Shown piece after piece: positions 24,727 to 38,300 of a stretch of 64,000 nt of DNA. A program made the position numbers and the translations under genes. Every line of letters starts with the position of its first letter. Positions within the stretch are counted from its first letter, which is position 1. The stretch is from contig JALMLS010000232.1 in assembly GCA_038496445.1 (NCBI GenBank), forward strand, positions 186,001-250,000, given 5' to 3'. This stretch comes from Trichosphaerium sp. ATCC 40318 (taxonomy: Eukaryota > Protista > Tubulinea). A model generated the notes under the pieces. The model saw only the letters and a program-made list of their open reading frames with translations. It ran no database searches and was not told where the DNA came from.

Positions 24727-27700
24727 TTATACAATGCGAAATATGCTTACTACCCTTTGTTGTAATAATCTGAATATTGGCGCAAATGACGCCATTATAG
24801 AGAATAAAATAGAGCATAAAACAACAGCTATAAGAATAGTCCATGGAAATGTAAATGGAACGGGCAATCCTGTGAAAAGAGCACGCTGTATTGTCATAGT
24901 GTATCCAGTGATAAACCTAAAAAAACAGAATAAATAAAGAAATCCACTAACCGCTTGGAATTGATACATCCTCAAAATATCGCTTATTCACACACAGCGT
25001 TCCATATATACTGATGTGGGACTAGTGGTATTTTGTGGAGCAAGGAAAGGTACAAAGTGTAAAAAAACTAAAGTTCATAAAATGATAGCACATACCCTAT
25101 GACAATACCAAGAAGTGACGCTGATAGTACAAGGACAAAAGCCTCGTAAATATAAATACGATACATTGGAAACTTCCTTACACCAATAGCACGAAGTATA
25201 GCAATTTCTAAATAGAATCTCGTCAAAAAAAAATCAACAAAACGAACAATCAGAAGTTTCTTCTTTTTTTCCTCTGCAAACCCAACAAAAAAAAATCAAA
25301 ACTATTACCTTTTGTTTGTTCACGTATGTTTGTAAACATACTAGACATTAGACTGAAAAATGATATGAGCATTGCTACTACAGTAGTGAAATTGAAAAAA
25401 TAAGCCATGGCAATATTTGCCGTTTCAAAAGGCTTCATCTTATCTCTAAGTGGTGAATTAGCGTGCTTGTCTTTAAACCTAATACAATCTAAATATCACA
25501 TACCTTATATCCCACACTTTATGATTATAATAAGGACCGATGATATTTAATAATTTAGCCTTGATACGATCCATGTCACTATCAGATGCTGTATTCTTTA
25601 TATTAAGAATAAATCGAGACATAGGTAGCTCATCAATAGAATTAACACCTTCAGTATATCTCAAGAATGTACTTAATGATACAATAGCATCTTGAGTACG
25701 CAACCTGTTAAAGAAATTGTGAATAACAGCATAATTAAAACCTCACATACCCTAAGTCAGGGTACTTTGAGAACTTAACAGCAGGCGCTGAGTCAAGTAA
25801 CGCAAGAATTTTAGTAGGCCTTAGTTGGCCATAAGTACTCTTACCTCTGTTTTTCTAAAGTAACGTAAATAAATGAGAATACATTCGGTTTGAATAGCGC
25901 ACCAGGTTTTGAAGGACAAGTGTATCATTAGCTGCAGCGCCAACCCTTTTTTTAAAGGCTGTGCCTAGCATGACACTACCACTTCCTTGCCTTGTGTACA
26001 AGGCTTCAGCTAAGTGTCTATCGCTGTAAAAACTATCACTGACTTGCAAGAACCCAGTAGTAGACTCAAAAAGCTTCGGAGATACACCGCGAACATGGAC
26101 AGCTAACAATGTTAAAAAAAACAATGCAAGAAACAATTAATCAACAGGATAACACGATACCTTTTTCATGCCATCTTCCAAAGTTTAACGTCTTGGAGCA
26201 ACATGCTCCATTTTTCTTGACCCATTCATCCCATGTCGCTGTAACCTAAACACGAAGGGTGAATACAAGCTAAATACTTCAAACAAGATAGACAAACACT
26301 TAAAAAACTTACCCAAGCATAACCAATTACATCCTTGTCTTCTAATGCCTCGAGTTGTTGTATTGGTTCAATAGAGTGATATTTTGGCGTATGTACATAC
26401 ATAGGTCCACCAGCAGCTTGTTCTTGTTGGAACTGAAATGTCATGACTTGTACTTGATATGACACAGATATAAAAATAATAAATCCAAGAGCTAAAGCAT
26501 ACATAGTTGCTGTTTTCCTATTACGCTTTCTATGTGCTACTAAATTCTTTGTAACAACGTTTCTAACTGCTCTAAAGGTATAATCATGAGACATTAATCT
26601 GATAAATCTTGTAATGATCAAAATACATACCTGTTATCCCACCAAAAGAAAACAAACATAACAATGCGTTCAAACAAGTGTTGGATGTTAAGCGCCAATA
26701 TGGTAAGTCCGAGAAGTAACCCTACCATTAACCCAATAAAAATATCGAGCAAAAGGCCAAGGTTTGTCGTTAATAGAGCCAAAGGAAACAAGTAGTAGAT
26801 CTAGCGTTAAAAGGTTTAGAAAAAAATTCAAACCTCACACGAATTAAAAACATACCGCCATTCCGAAACTGGCAAGTGATCCACCGAAGGCAACTAATAA
26901 CCATGGCACAGTCATAGATGCTTCAGATCGTTCTACTTTAACCTCAACGGCCTTTGTCTTTGACCGTCTGCTATCCAGAGACTCCTATACCAACATTAAA
27001 CAGAATCAAAACTAAGGAAACATACCTGTAAGTTATTACCAAGAGCTTTTTTAATAGGTAGTATTGCTGACATAATTGGAATTGCAAACCCAAGTACAGT
27101 AGCTATAATAATAGCATTCAAACTGAGAGTCCTATTCAAAAATAAACAAACTTCTGGCATAACAATAAAAAAAGAGAAGGAACGTACGATGAAAGCTGAA
27201 CATGCATCGCGTCAGATATTAATTTTAAGATGAGCATACTCATCCCTTGAGCTAAACCAATACCGAATATCCACGAAGGTAAGGCATAAGCCAATGCTTC
27301 TACAAGAAGAAGCGCTATGACTGTCACACGACGTGTACCAACCATTCTAAGTACACCAAGCTCAAATGTTCTTGTTTCAACATTTATCATGAGAAGGGAA
27401 TAGATTAATAGCACAGACAATGCAAGTAAAATAAAAATGATCAAATTAAGCACAAGACCAAGAAACAAAGAGAAAAACCGTGTAGTGAACAATCCCTTCA
27501 ATACAGGAAGTTCAGTTTTTACCTTTTTTAGAAGTTAGCTAAAAAAATTTCAATGAAAAATAAAAGCCTTTTAAATTACGTACTTGTTCGAAACCAACCT
27601 TGAATAAAAGTTCGTTTGAGAACTCAATAACGTTGTTTTGAATAGTATTATAGTCTGAGCTCATATAAGCGCTAAGTCTATCAGCCATGTTCACATAAAC

Positions 27701-28939
27701 TTCAGCAGCGTATTGAGATAATTTCAGGGCACTCAGAGCTTCTTTAGCAGGATCTGGTAATAATGGATGCATATGAGGTCTCAGTAAAGGTAACAAGTCG
27801 TCAATCTCCATGAATGCAGCTGTTACAAAAGTCAAACACTCGGACTTTTTTGTAGAATAATTTTCCCGTTTTTAGACGAGTGACCAACGTACCATTCGTT
27901 TCACTTGATGGTAATTTACCACGTGCGTTGAAAATATCGCCAACACGAAGTGGTAGGTAAACATCACTACCAATGAAGAAAATATCGGTTAGGCTTGGTT
28001 TATAATTATCTCTTCTTGTGGCTGTCTTGTAGTACGTGTTTCTTGGCAGTACTGATAGAAGAGATATCTGTACTATAACCATATCTCCTACTTCAGCGCC
28101 TAGACTAGCAGCTAGAGAATCTTGAAGATAAACTACAACAATCAACATTGCTAAGCTATCTCTTTTTTTAACAATAAAATAAAGAACCCACCTTCTCCTT
28201 TTGGGACAGCTTTGTGCTTATAATCAGCACCTAGTTTCATTTTCTTCTCTCTGTTGCTATTCAATAGAAACAACTGACCTTGGTGAGGGAATGTATTGAA
28301 GTAGTCCCCAAAACAACCACCACGTGTCATCGAACAACTTGCTTTTTTCAACCCAAAATATTTCCAAGTAGTGTCGTTAATACTCAACCCCGAAGCATCT
28401 ATTTAAGAAAAATAAGGCATAGAAAGAGATCTAAGCGGTCTCGAGGTATTTATACTACACTCTAAGATGTGTGAACACTTACTACAATCTTTCCATCTAA
28501 AAATTGGCACAGATACGTCAAATCTGGGTGAGGAAAGGGTATATGCTTTTTCTGACTCCAACGTGCGTTCTACCTAAGCGATAGTTGGCGTTGCTTGCGT
28601 TTTTGCTTTGTGTTAGGAATTGTCCGGCGTTAAACGCCAAGCGTAGTTGCACGTACCAGCGTGTAATTTAACCGCCCTCCGCTTATTGGCTTCAGCAAAA
28701 CGTCACCTTCTCTACAACGCGCAATTCGTGTCAGTGCATTTAATACGCGAACGGAATACGTACGAAGCTTGCAGTTCTGCTAAACGCAAAAAAATAAGAG
28801 GCGCTTTGCCCAAAACTGTTATAAGTAGTGCTACTACAAATACAACTAGCAGGCATGCTGAAAAACCAATACAGTAGTTGAGCTTTCGCTTGCGAATTTG
28901 TGAAAGCGTCTGTTTGAGTAAAAATACAATGAGGTTCAT
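24727..28939 (-). CDS. FtsX/MacB-like ABC transporter permease (protist family), multi-exon
   Basis: LIYSLLMINVETRTFELGVLRMVG and SSMFTNIREQTK/EIAILRAIG FtsX motifs; N-terminal TM; HRKRNRKTATMYALALGF start of second half. Confidence 0.9.
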
Positions 28940-29049
28940 TGTGTTTCCATGGGCCTGTCGTTATAGATTGGTAAATGAAAATAAACGCCGTTGAAGATCA
29001 AAAAGTCTTTGACTTTCTCTTATTGATATCCTCTGTTGCCTGATTACTG

Positions 29050-32000
29050 ATGGAGCGCTCTGCGGATACCAATGCTGCTAATATGCCTTCTGGCAATAGC
29101 GTCACAATGTTAAATCCCACAGCACCAATTGACTGTGATCAATTTTACATAGACAAACACGCAGAGTTCTATGACCCGCTCGAAGAAGATTTACGTGCGT
29201 AGAAGTGTTTTATTATGCGATAGTTTAACAATATCACATGTAGGCGCTCCAATACTTAACCAAGGCGATCCCCGAGCGAGTGAAGGTACGCTACACTATT
29301 TCAGAGTAATTATCAATTTTTTGACGCACCAATGTCTTCAACAAGCTCATAAACAACACTAGTGATGTGGTTGCGAGCGGAAAGAGACGAATGTTTAGAC
29401 AAGCTTGTTGAAGGAGCCGAAAACGCTTTAAGCATGTACGCAATACGTAACCCTGTGCGTTTAATGTAGACAGGCGACTGACATGTAACTTTACAATATC
29501 GAGAACTGCCATTCCACTTTTCTATCAATATAAACCCCTTAAGTAACATATTATAGAGCTCTTAGCGCTTACAGCTTACCTACAAAAGAGGAAAGAATTG
29601 AGATGGCTGAAAAAGCGATAAAAATCTGCGAAGCTTGTCCTGACGCGTATAACATCCTAGCTGAAAATAAATCACGTACTTATGAGGTAAGTATATTTGT
29701 TTAAACTGACAATGAGGTTTCAAGCGTGTGCAGCCGCCATTTTCATGTTTTTTATTTGAATTTAATTTGTCTGTTAGGAAGCCTTGACGTTCTACAAGAA
29801 TGGCGTATCACAAGGGAGAAAAATGTATAGTGATAGCTCTTATATTAAAAGAGTGTGTGCTAGTGGTGAAGTATGGCAAATAACACCGTTTAGAGGATGG
29901 TTTAGGGTGCGTAATTTTAGGGGTATTTTTTCTTGTATGTAATGTTTTTTTCCTCTTCTGTAGTGTCTCCATGGCGTTGCAAATACTATGCGTAAGATGA
30001 AAAGATACGAGGACGCTCTAAAGCAGTACCAGTATCTATGTTTACTAGACAAGAAAGTGTAAGAACGAACGAAGAAGTTGAAAATAGAAATTTCTATTAT
30101 TTTTTTAGTTTTTCTAACAGTTCTAATAATTAACGCCTTAGAGTAACGTTCTCGACATACTGCAACTTCAGATATAATATGGTAGATATTTTTCTGGCAT
30201 TAGGCCAGATTAAAGCTCTAAGTACCTTCTTGCGTGTTCACAAAGACTTCTTTGTGTAAGTGCTCTCAACTGTCATCAAATATCCCTTTTTGCACCTTTC
30301 TTAAGCCTGATACCTTTTAGTCTTCAATCTACATCTACACTGGGTGCATACACGCGTGCATTGCTTCATTATAAAAAACATGGAGCAACAACAAATTATC
30401 CGATGGTGTTGGGTCTCTGCTTTGATTGTAATGCATTTATTGTACCTTTCTTAGTTGGAAGGAAACCTGTACCTAGCAATCCTCTCCCTATACAGATTGG
30501 TGGCACTGGAAGGCACGTACAACGCCTAACTCATGTTTTTCTTCAATTTTTTTCAATGTTTGTTGCTGATTCTTTTCTCTCTTTAACAGTATTTCCAATG
30601 GTTTGTGCTACATTAGAACACATTTAAAGCACTGGCAAAATGCTAAAGGAGCACAAGAATGGCTAAAGAATGCATTCACAGCGTGCTATCTCACAACAAA
30701 TGGTTAGTTTGTTCAAAGATTTGATGATTTCAGGGTTACTTACTTGTTTGTTTTTTAGCTCATGATGCTGCACGTTTGGGAAAAGTCAAGGACCTAAAAA
30801 ACTATATTTTATACGCGAAGCAATGTGGCATACCGTTGGAGAGATTACACGATTCAGCTACTGGCAACCTACTCACCGCAGCAGCTTTTCAAGGTACTTT
30901 TTTGAAATGTTTTTTTTTTATTTCTCGTTTACATGGCTGTTGTGCGTTAACAATTTTTAAACTCTAGGTCACAAAGAATGTGTAGAATATTTAATTAACC
31001 TGGGTATGACATGCCAAGGTCATGATGCATCAGCAAATGATGGAATATCCGCTGTATGTTTTTTCGATTGCATGGGTATTTTGTATCTTACTTAAATTCC
31101 TAGTTACACATGGCTGCATATAATGGTCACTTGGATATACTAGTACTTTTAGTAGATAGAGCAGGAGGTAGTCTTGATATTAAAGATAATACAGCACGGT
31201 AAGAACCAGCTTAAATCAGAGAGTTCTGTTTTGAATGAACCTAGTTTTAATACTCAAATCAATTTGAATTTTCGAACATTTGCTTATCTTTTTTAACAAA
31301 CGTTATAGATTACCCATACACTTGGCTGCTAATCAAGGAGAACACATGATTGTAAAATGGATATTAGATAGGTACCAAAACCACAAGAACTTTTTTGTTA
31401 TATGCCCTGTCTGACGCTAGCTCCAACTAGGCAGCCTCAAATGCTTGATATTAAAGATGCCAAAGATGCTACACCTCTTTGGGCAGCTACAGAATCTAGT
31501 GTTCACCTTGCTTTAAAGGTATATACGATGAAAGGAAACATAGAAGCCAACCATTAATTTTTTGCTTTTAGGGTCTTAAAAAATCAGAACGAGAGTTATC
31601 AAATCATCCAATACCTCATAGTGATAGCTGTTCTATCGTTGAGGTAAATGAACCTAATTTAGTTTTTTTGTGTTCGCGTTCGTTAACATTTCTTCTTTTA
31701 GACAATAAAGCTGTTGATTGAACGTGGTGCTGATACAACATCTTCAAAGGGTGATGGCACAAATATATTACATATGGCTATGGCTTCTTCTTGCCATGAG
31801 GTTGTACCTTTTCTACTTCAACAGTACGTTTACATTATTACCCTTTCTTGGAACAAGTCTCGCCTTTAAAAAAGTTTTTTTCGGATCCCCAGTTCCTCGT
31901 GTCGCCCATTAATATTTATTGTACAGACCAAAGATAGTACCATTAATCAATAAACAAACAGACAATGGTTATTCTCCTTTAATGACATTATATCTACAAG

Positions 32001-33287
32001 AGTTCAAATACGTACCTCGAAAAGTTATGACGAACTTAACAAGGCTATTTTTAAAATATGGTGCAGATCCCTTGAATGGCGGAGAAAGTACGTTGTTGCA
32101 ATTATTTCCAACACCTTTTTCACGTGTTTTGCGAGGCAAAAAAAAAATATCAGGTGACTTATCACAGCTCTAACATCACGCCTAGAAGGTAAAAAAGTGA
32201 AGGATCTTTCTCCAATGGCAATTGCTCAAAAGAGGAAACTAAAAAATTGTATCACACTACTAAAGGAAGGTGGTGAAGTACATTCCCAAAAAGTACATTC
32301 ATGAACAAACAGTATGCTTGATTTTTGCTTACCTTTTGTAATGTAGGATTTTCAAACAGCAAAAGAGATGCGGATAAAAGGAAACACACATTATAGTCAG
32401 GCACAGTATGGACAAGCTATTGGTTACTATAAAAAAGTACGAGTCTATAAAATAAGAGCGCACGAGTTGCTTTGAGAATTGTATTCACTTTTTTTTTGTG
32501 TTCACATTTCACGACTTGTCGTTCACTTCTACTTTGTCATGTCTCTTATTTTTTTTGTATAGGCTATAGAGCTGTTGAATATATTTATACAGAGTCGTGG
32601 ACATAATACTGATAAGAAGAGAGAAGCACATACGTTGATGTTACCTTGTTTCACAAACAAAGCATTGTCACATTTGAAAATGAGAAATTGGACAAGCGCA
32701 ATAGCAGATTGTACTAAGGTAAGCTAATCTTAAGCTTTATGTATAACTAACCTCAGTATAAAATGTATATAACTAACTATGTAGGCTATTGAAATAGACA
32801 AAGGAAATGTCAAAGCACTTTATAGACGAAGTGAAGGATATTATCAAATACGAGGTATTTGATTACTTATTTCGTATCTTCTTTCAAACAAAACATGTGT
32901 TGGTGTTTAGCTGTATACTCATATCGTTAACATGATCTGTTAGATTATAGGAGAGCATTATTAGATATAGAGAGCGCAATGGTACGTACATACAAGCTTT
33001 TTGAAACCACCAAAAAGTGCATCAAAAGAGTTTTTTTTTTTGTTCGCTTTCAGTCACTTGTGAGTTGCAAGGAAAGAATCATGTGAAATTTTTTTGTATT
33101 TACATTGAGGTCATTAATCTTATTGTTAGGACTTTGTACCTGAGAATATAGCCCTAAGCGATCAAGAAAAAAAGTACTGAAAACGTTTTAAAAGTCTAAA
33201 CTGTTTTAACATTCGGTTTCTTTTAGGATACAAAATGCACAAATTGAATATCAAAAGAGGTTTGGACATATATCAGATATTGATTGA
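29050..33287 (+). CDS. ST7-like helical repeat + ankyrin repeats + C-terminal TPR protein
   Basis: CPDAYNILAE..EEALTFYKNGV..WQITPFRGWFR..W.NAKGAQEWL N-terminal region; LHMAAYNGHL and PIHLAANQG ankyrins; GNTHYSQAQYGQAI..YKK and NVKALYRR TPRs; TGA 33285-33287. Confidence 0.82.
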
Positions 33288-33762
33288 ACATAAGGGGTAC
33301 CCAATAATTAAAATTTTTGAGTTGCCAACTAGAGACACAACTAAAAAATCTCAAAAAACAAGTCTTGTGGGTTTTTTACATTCTACCAACTTTTGTTTCA
33401 AATATGTTCTTATATGTACGCTTATACCATTTTACAGGATATTTTACATACCTACTATGACAATAAACATAACACCATCTTTGATAAAGTCGTTTTAATT
33501 CTACTTCCATGTTTTTCTTTATGGTTTGTTTTATTTTACTTTATTGACTAATTTACATCTCAACTGGTTGATTATCTTATGACAACAGTATGATAAATAA
33601 CAAGCACAACTTTGCTCGGTATTACGACGGCCAATTTGACTGGCAAAGACAACAGTCGAGCTAATCATCCTCTGGCTTATTTTTTTTTTTGAAATACGAG
33701 TTTACCTTTTTAAGGCCAACAGCCACAACCTTGAGCATCTTTTTGTTTGATTTTCAGTTTAA

Positions 33763-34173
33763 CTACTTTGCTACTTCAAGTAGGAGAAGTAATACAGTAA
33801 CTCCAACATGAAGAGCAATCTTTGCTGCATCCTCCACGTTCGCTTTTCTTACTTTCTCTTTTGCTTTTTTTCTTTTTAGTTCATAGTCTCTCTGTTTTTT
33901 AACATTGTGATTATACTTTGCTTGTCCGTATATCTTTGTCAAAAGGAACTTCTCTCTGTACCAAGTACACCATACATCTTTGTCGGTAACCAAATATGAC
34001 CATGATTTACAAACAAGACGGGAAGTAAGACCTGTTTCAGCTTGCATTTTCGAGAATATAAGCAACATAAGTTCAGGAGGTAAATCAGCCACAGGCGACT
34101 TCATTGTCGCTGAGAATGATGTCCCCATATCATAAAACTGGTCTATAATAGATAATTTTGGTTTCGTTGCCAT
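33763..34173 (-). CDS. Small intronless F-box protein with hydrophobic tail
   Basis: DLPPELMLLIFSKM..SRLVCKSWSYLVTDKDVW F-box; first in-frame ATG at 34173. Confidence 0.8.
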   Translation of the reverse strand: MATKPKLSIIDQFYDMGTSFSATMKSPVADLPPELMLLIFSKMQAETGLTSRLVCKSWSYLVTDKDVWCTWYREKFLLTKIYGQAKYNHNVKKQRDYELKRKKAKEKVRKANVEDAAKIALHVGVTVLLLLLEVAK

Positions 34174-34501
34174 TTGTTTTAGTTCCGAGGCTGTTTGAGT
34201 AAGTTTGACTTTTCTGACATTTTTGGGAAGCAATTAACAGAAATCCCATTTTTTTACTTTGTAGTCTTCGTAAACATTTGCTGGGCCCCTAGCACGTCCT
34301 GATTACTTACTAGCAATATGAAAAGGACCCTGGTTTTATACACATATCATCTACGCATAGCTAAAGGTTAAAAGAGTGGCACCAAACTGAAAACAAAGTT
34401 CATTCAATGAAAAAACAAAAAGTGAAACGCGAAAATCGTTTTGACTTATTTTTAGGGTTTATTTACACCGCACGGTATTGTTTGTGCTTTAAAAAATAGT
34501 T

Positions 34502-35080
34502 TTACGCATAGTGCGTGCCATTTATGCATGGAATAGCATCAGATATTGGTTTTGTAAAGAAATTGCAATAAATGTACGTCGTGCTTCCTTCATCATCAAA
34601 AGCGTTTAGAGTCTCAGCAATGACTAGTCCCATAAAGCTAGTATACATTACACCACTTGAGCCGTCAAGGAACTCTTTTAGGACGTATGAAATAAAATGT
34701 CTGTCCCTGCTCTCTCTGTCCGGTATTTTCGATTTTTGATAACGTAGAACGAACCCATAGATAGAAGCAAATACAGCCATGAGTGTTGTCTCCAAATACT
34801 CGAAAACAGCCATTCGCGTAAACATGTAACCGAGGATGCTTGCTGCTACTATTGTATTGAGCGCAACATGAAAGTGAGGGTTAATACACAGAATGCTGGC
34901 AAGTAGAAGATCTATAAAGATGACTATGGAGTGAATCAAATACGTCGTGCTTATACACCCAAATGTAAGTCTCACTACCAAGTGGAGTACGTTTAAAGAG
35001 CATAATCCAAGAAATACGCTTTTTGTTTGGAAATCAGGGCAACGCTTTGCATACCACGTCTTTACAGTGTCTTTTACCAT
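34502..35080 (-). CDS. Intronless multi-pass membrane protein, unknown function
   Basis: 192-aa ATG-started ORF with 4-5 hydrophobic segments. Confidence 0.7.
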   Translation of the reverse strand: MVKDTVKTWYAKRCPDFQTKSVFLGLCSLNVLHLVVRLTFGCISTTYLIHSIVIFIDLLLASILCINPHFHVALNTIVAASILGYMFTRMAVFEYLETTLMAVFASIYGFVLRYQKSKIPDRESRDRHFISYVLKEFLDGSSGVMYTSFMGLVIAETLNAFDDEGSTTYIYCNFFTKPISDAIPCINGTHYA

Positions 35081-35370
35081 TTTATGTTATTCTCGTGCAT
35101 TTGTCGGCTTTATGTAACGACTTATTCTGAAATTCACAAAAAAGCATGAAAAAAAATACCAAAAATAAAATTGTTTTAAAATGAGATTCTCCGTGTACGA
35201 CCCATAGTAGGGAGAAAAAACAGTTTGTTTACCTCTACAAAAGCGTACATAATACAAACATAGCTATACACAACACAACCCGCATTCTGGATATCTTTGT
35301 GGTTTTATTTTTCAACTTTTTTTTTTTCTTTCTTTTATGAATTACTAACACTTTTTCTTTTAGCTTGTTT

Positions 35371-38300
35371 TTAGAGTTCAACAAGCGTTTGTGGTGTGTT
35401 ATTACCAGCTTCAATATCATCTACTCGTGGGTCAAACTCATCATCAGAGCTCTGAGCTTTTTCTTCTCCTGGTTCATCATGATCTGAATCGTTGTCGAGA
35501 TCAATAGGCTTAGCTAATGTCACGTGTCAGCAAACCGTAAAAATTATTTGAAAAAAAAAAGAATTTCTCCGTACCGTCATCCTCAATATGCTCGTCGTCT
35601 TGTTGGATAGAAGCATAGTTTGCTGGAGGTGGCGTGAAGGCTGGTAGCATCTAAAAAAAATTTAGTCATCCGAAAAGCGTAACAACCCAAAGAAAAAAAC
35701 CAAAGAAACATTGAGATGGTCCTGTACCTTTTCAGGGATAACTGTGCTGAGACATCCTCTAACTCCAGCATGTTTACCACTTATATACCACAGAGCGCCA
35801 AGAATAGCTACTAGTAGTACAACTAGAACAAAGATAACGAAAATAGCACGCTACAGTAAAAAGTAAGAACAGTAGGAAAAAAAGTAAAAAAAACCAAAGA
35901 GAAGTTCGTACACCAACATGCGTCTCGTGAATTGGTTTGGCAGCAGCTGTTGGGGCTGGAGTAGGAGAGGCTACGAATACAAGGTAAGTGGGGCGCTTTT
36001 AAAGGAAAATAAAAGACATACAAGGAGGACAAGGTGTCTCTACTGGAAATCTGTCTTGGATACCCTTAGTTTTATCACATTGGTTTCCAGGTACTAAACG
36101 GTAACCTAATAGTACAATTCGTTAGGTTTTTAAAAGTCAAGAACGATCGTTTAAGAACTTTATCCAAAAAAAAACAAAAAAACTAACCTTGAGTTTTATG
36201 CCAAGTACCATCACATTGTGAAGGTGGAAGATTAGGATCGTATTCTGGGCATTTTTCATCTTCAGTGTTGAATACACATTTACCATTATCATCTTCAACA
36301 AAGCAATAATCACTGTACAATGTCAGTGAACGAAAAGTTTGGTTTTTTTTTTTGGTTTCGTACCATTCAAAATCTTCTTCAGAACAAGGACAAACAGATA
36401 CCTTGAGGTACTTAGTTGCATTAAACTCTGGACCATTGTAACAATCTCTGAAAGGTTTGCGGCGTATGTATTGAACACGTTGACCCATGAGACACTAAAA
36501 TCAAGTTACGACGAAGAAGAGTCATTAAAGTTGAGACTTTGGTTTTTTTTGAAAAAAGCGTTGTACCTTATCAGTTGTAACAGAATCAGAAGGAGACCAT
36601 TTTTCGTAGTCTGATTCTTCGCTACCAGGAGAAGCCAAGTTACATTGTGTAGGCTTTTGGTTAGAGAAATCAAGGTGTAAAATAACACCCTTTGAAGGAT
36701 CAGCTTCAGTTGGACGACTAAAACAAAAAACCAGTAAACACTTAAATTATCCACGTGACTTAAAAAAAACACCAAATATTATGCTTACCGAGTACCCCAA
36801 GCAATGAATTTTGTAGATAAAGCACCAGGTTCTGATATGATGTTTGTTATATCTACCTTTTCGAATTTTGCATCAGCAGTGAAGTTACATGTAGACCATT
36901 TTTGTCCTTCAGTCCACGTGTACCTATTCTCAAATAGTCAGAAAGTGACACACTCAGTACACCCCACAGCTACAGGGTATGAAGACTAAAAAAAGACGTA
37001 CAAGATGCTATCGGTTTCATATGTATCAGCTGCAGCTACTACGAGCGCACCAGCATTGCTAATCTCATATACGACGGATTCATTATAAAATTGAGTCCAA
37101 GTCCAACCAGCATCTCTGAATTATACCCAAAGTTAGTTAATCCATCCATGGTGGATAAAAAGAAATTCTCTAAGCAAACGTACCTAGATATATATGTCTT
37201 TACATTGCTTACATCTGTGATATCATTTAAAGAACTACCAGTTGTTCCTTGACCAAGCAAGATACCAACAGCATTTGGTCGGGAATAAAAATACCCGTAA
37301 ACATTATTGGTCGTTGATTTCCCGTACAAGTTCAAGAAGCACCCAGTATCTTCAGGGCATACAGAACCTTCAGGTGCTCGTAGTCTATTCCATCTACCAC
37401 CCATGTCATAAGAAACGTGTGTAGCAAACTCTTGACTCTCAGATGGATTCGTTATGTAAGCATTTGCCATGTAAACACCGTGTAAGCCACCAACGCGTGA
37501 GAAATCAATTGGCAAGCCACCAGGGGAACGGATATTGTACCGGTGCTTCTAATGTGATATTAGAGATGTGCATTATATAGTTTAACACTTCTTCAAGCCA
37601 ATAAAAAAATGGCTTGCGTCAAGAAAAAAAAATCCAATAAAATAAAAAAAAGAAAACCGATGATTACGCACTTTGTTGTATTTCAAGGACTCTGTAAATG
37701 TTTTATCCAATCCATCACTTACGTACAAATTACCCCAAAGAGAGGATCTAAGTTTGATATTGTTTAGTACAAATGGTTTAATCTTCAAATAAAAAATTAA
37801 AAAGGTACATACCCATGTTGTACATTGATGAATGCGGCGCCATTGTATGAGTCAAGGATGGTGTATCCGTTTTCAGATAGCTCTGTAGAGAATACTGTTT
37901 GTTGGAAGCTATCACCACTATCTCTAGATGTAGAGAGTCCAAGTTTATGAAAGTTACCATCCTTGTACCACTGTAGAAAAAAAAAATTAGCAAGAGAATA
38001 AATTTTTTTTTGAAATTAGACTCACGTTAGCAGCGTATAGAGCTTCGGCCTTCTGGTAGTATAAAACACCAGCACAGCTACGCAATAGAACCTTAGTAGG
38101 CTTTGAAGCATCAAACAAGTCTTCAGAACTAAGATAAACGAGTTAGAAACAACAACGAAAAAAAACATTTTAAAATAAAGTATTTTATAATTTAAATGGA
38201 TTGTTAGTGTAGCGTACCGTGTAAGGATTCTATCATATACAGATTTAGACTGGAAAGATCCTCTCTTGTCTTCCCATTCCCATGCGAAAAGACGAGTATT

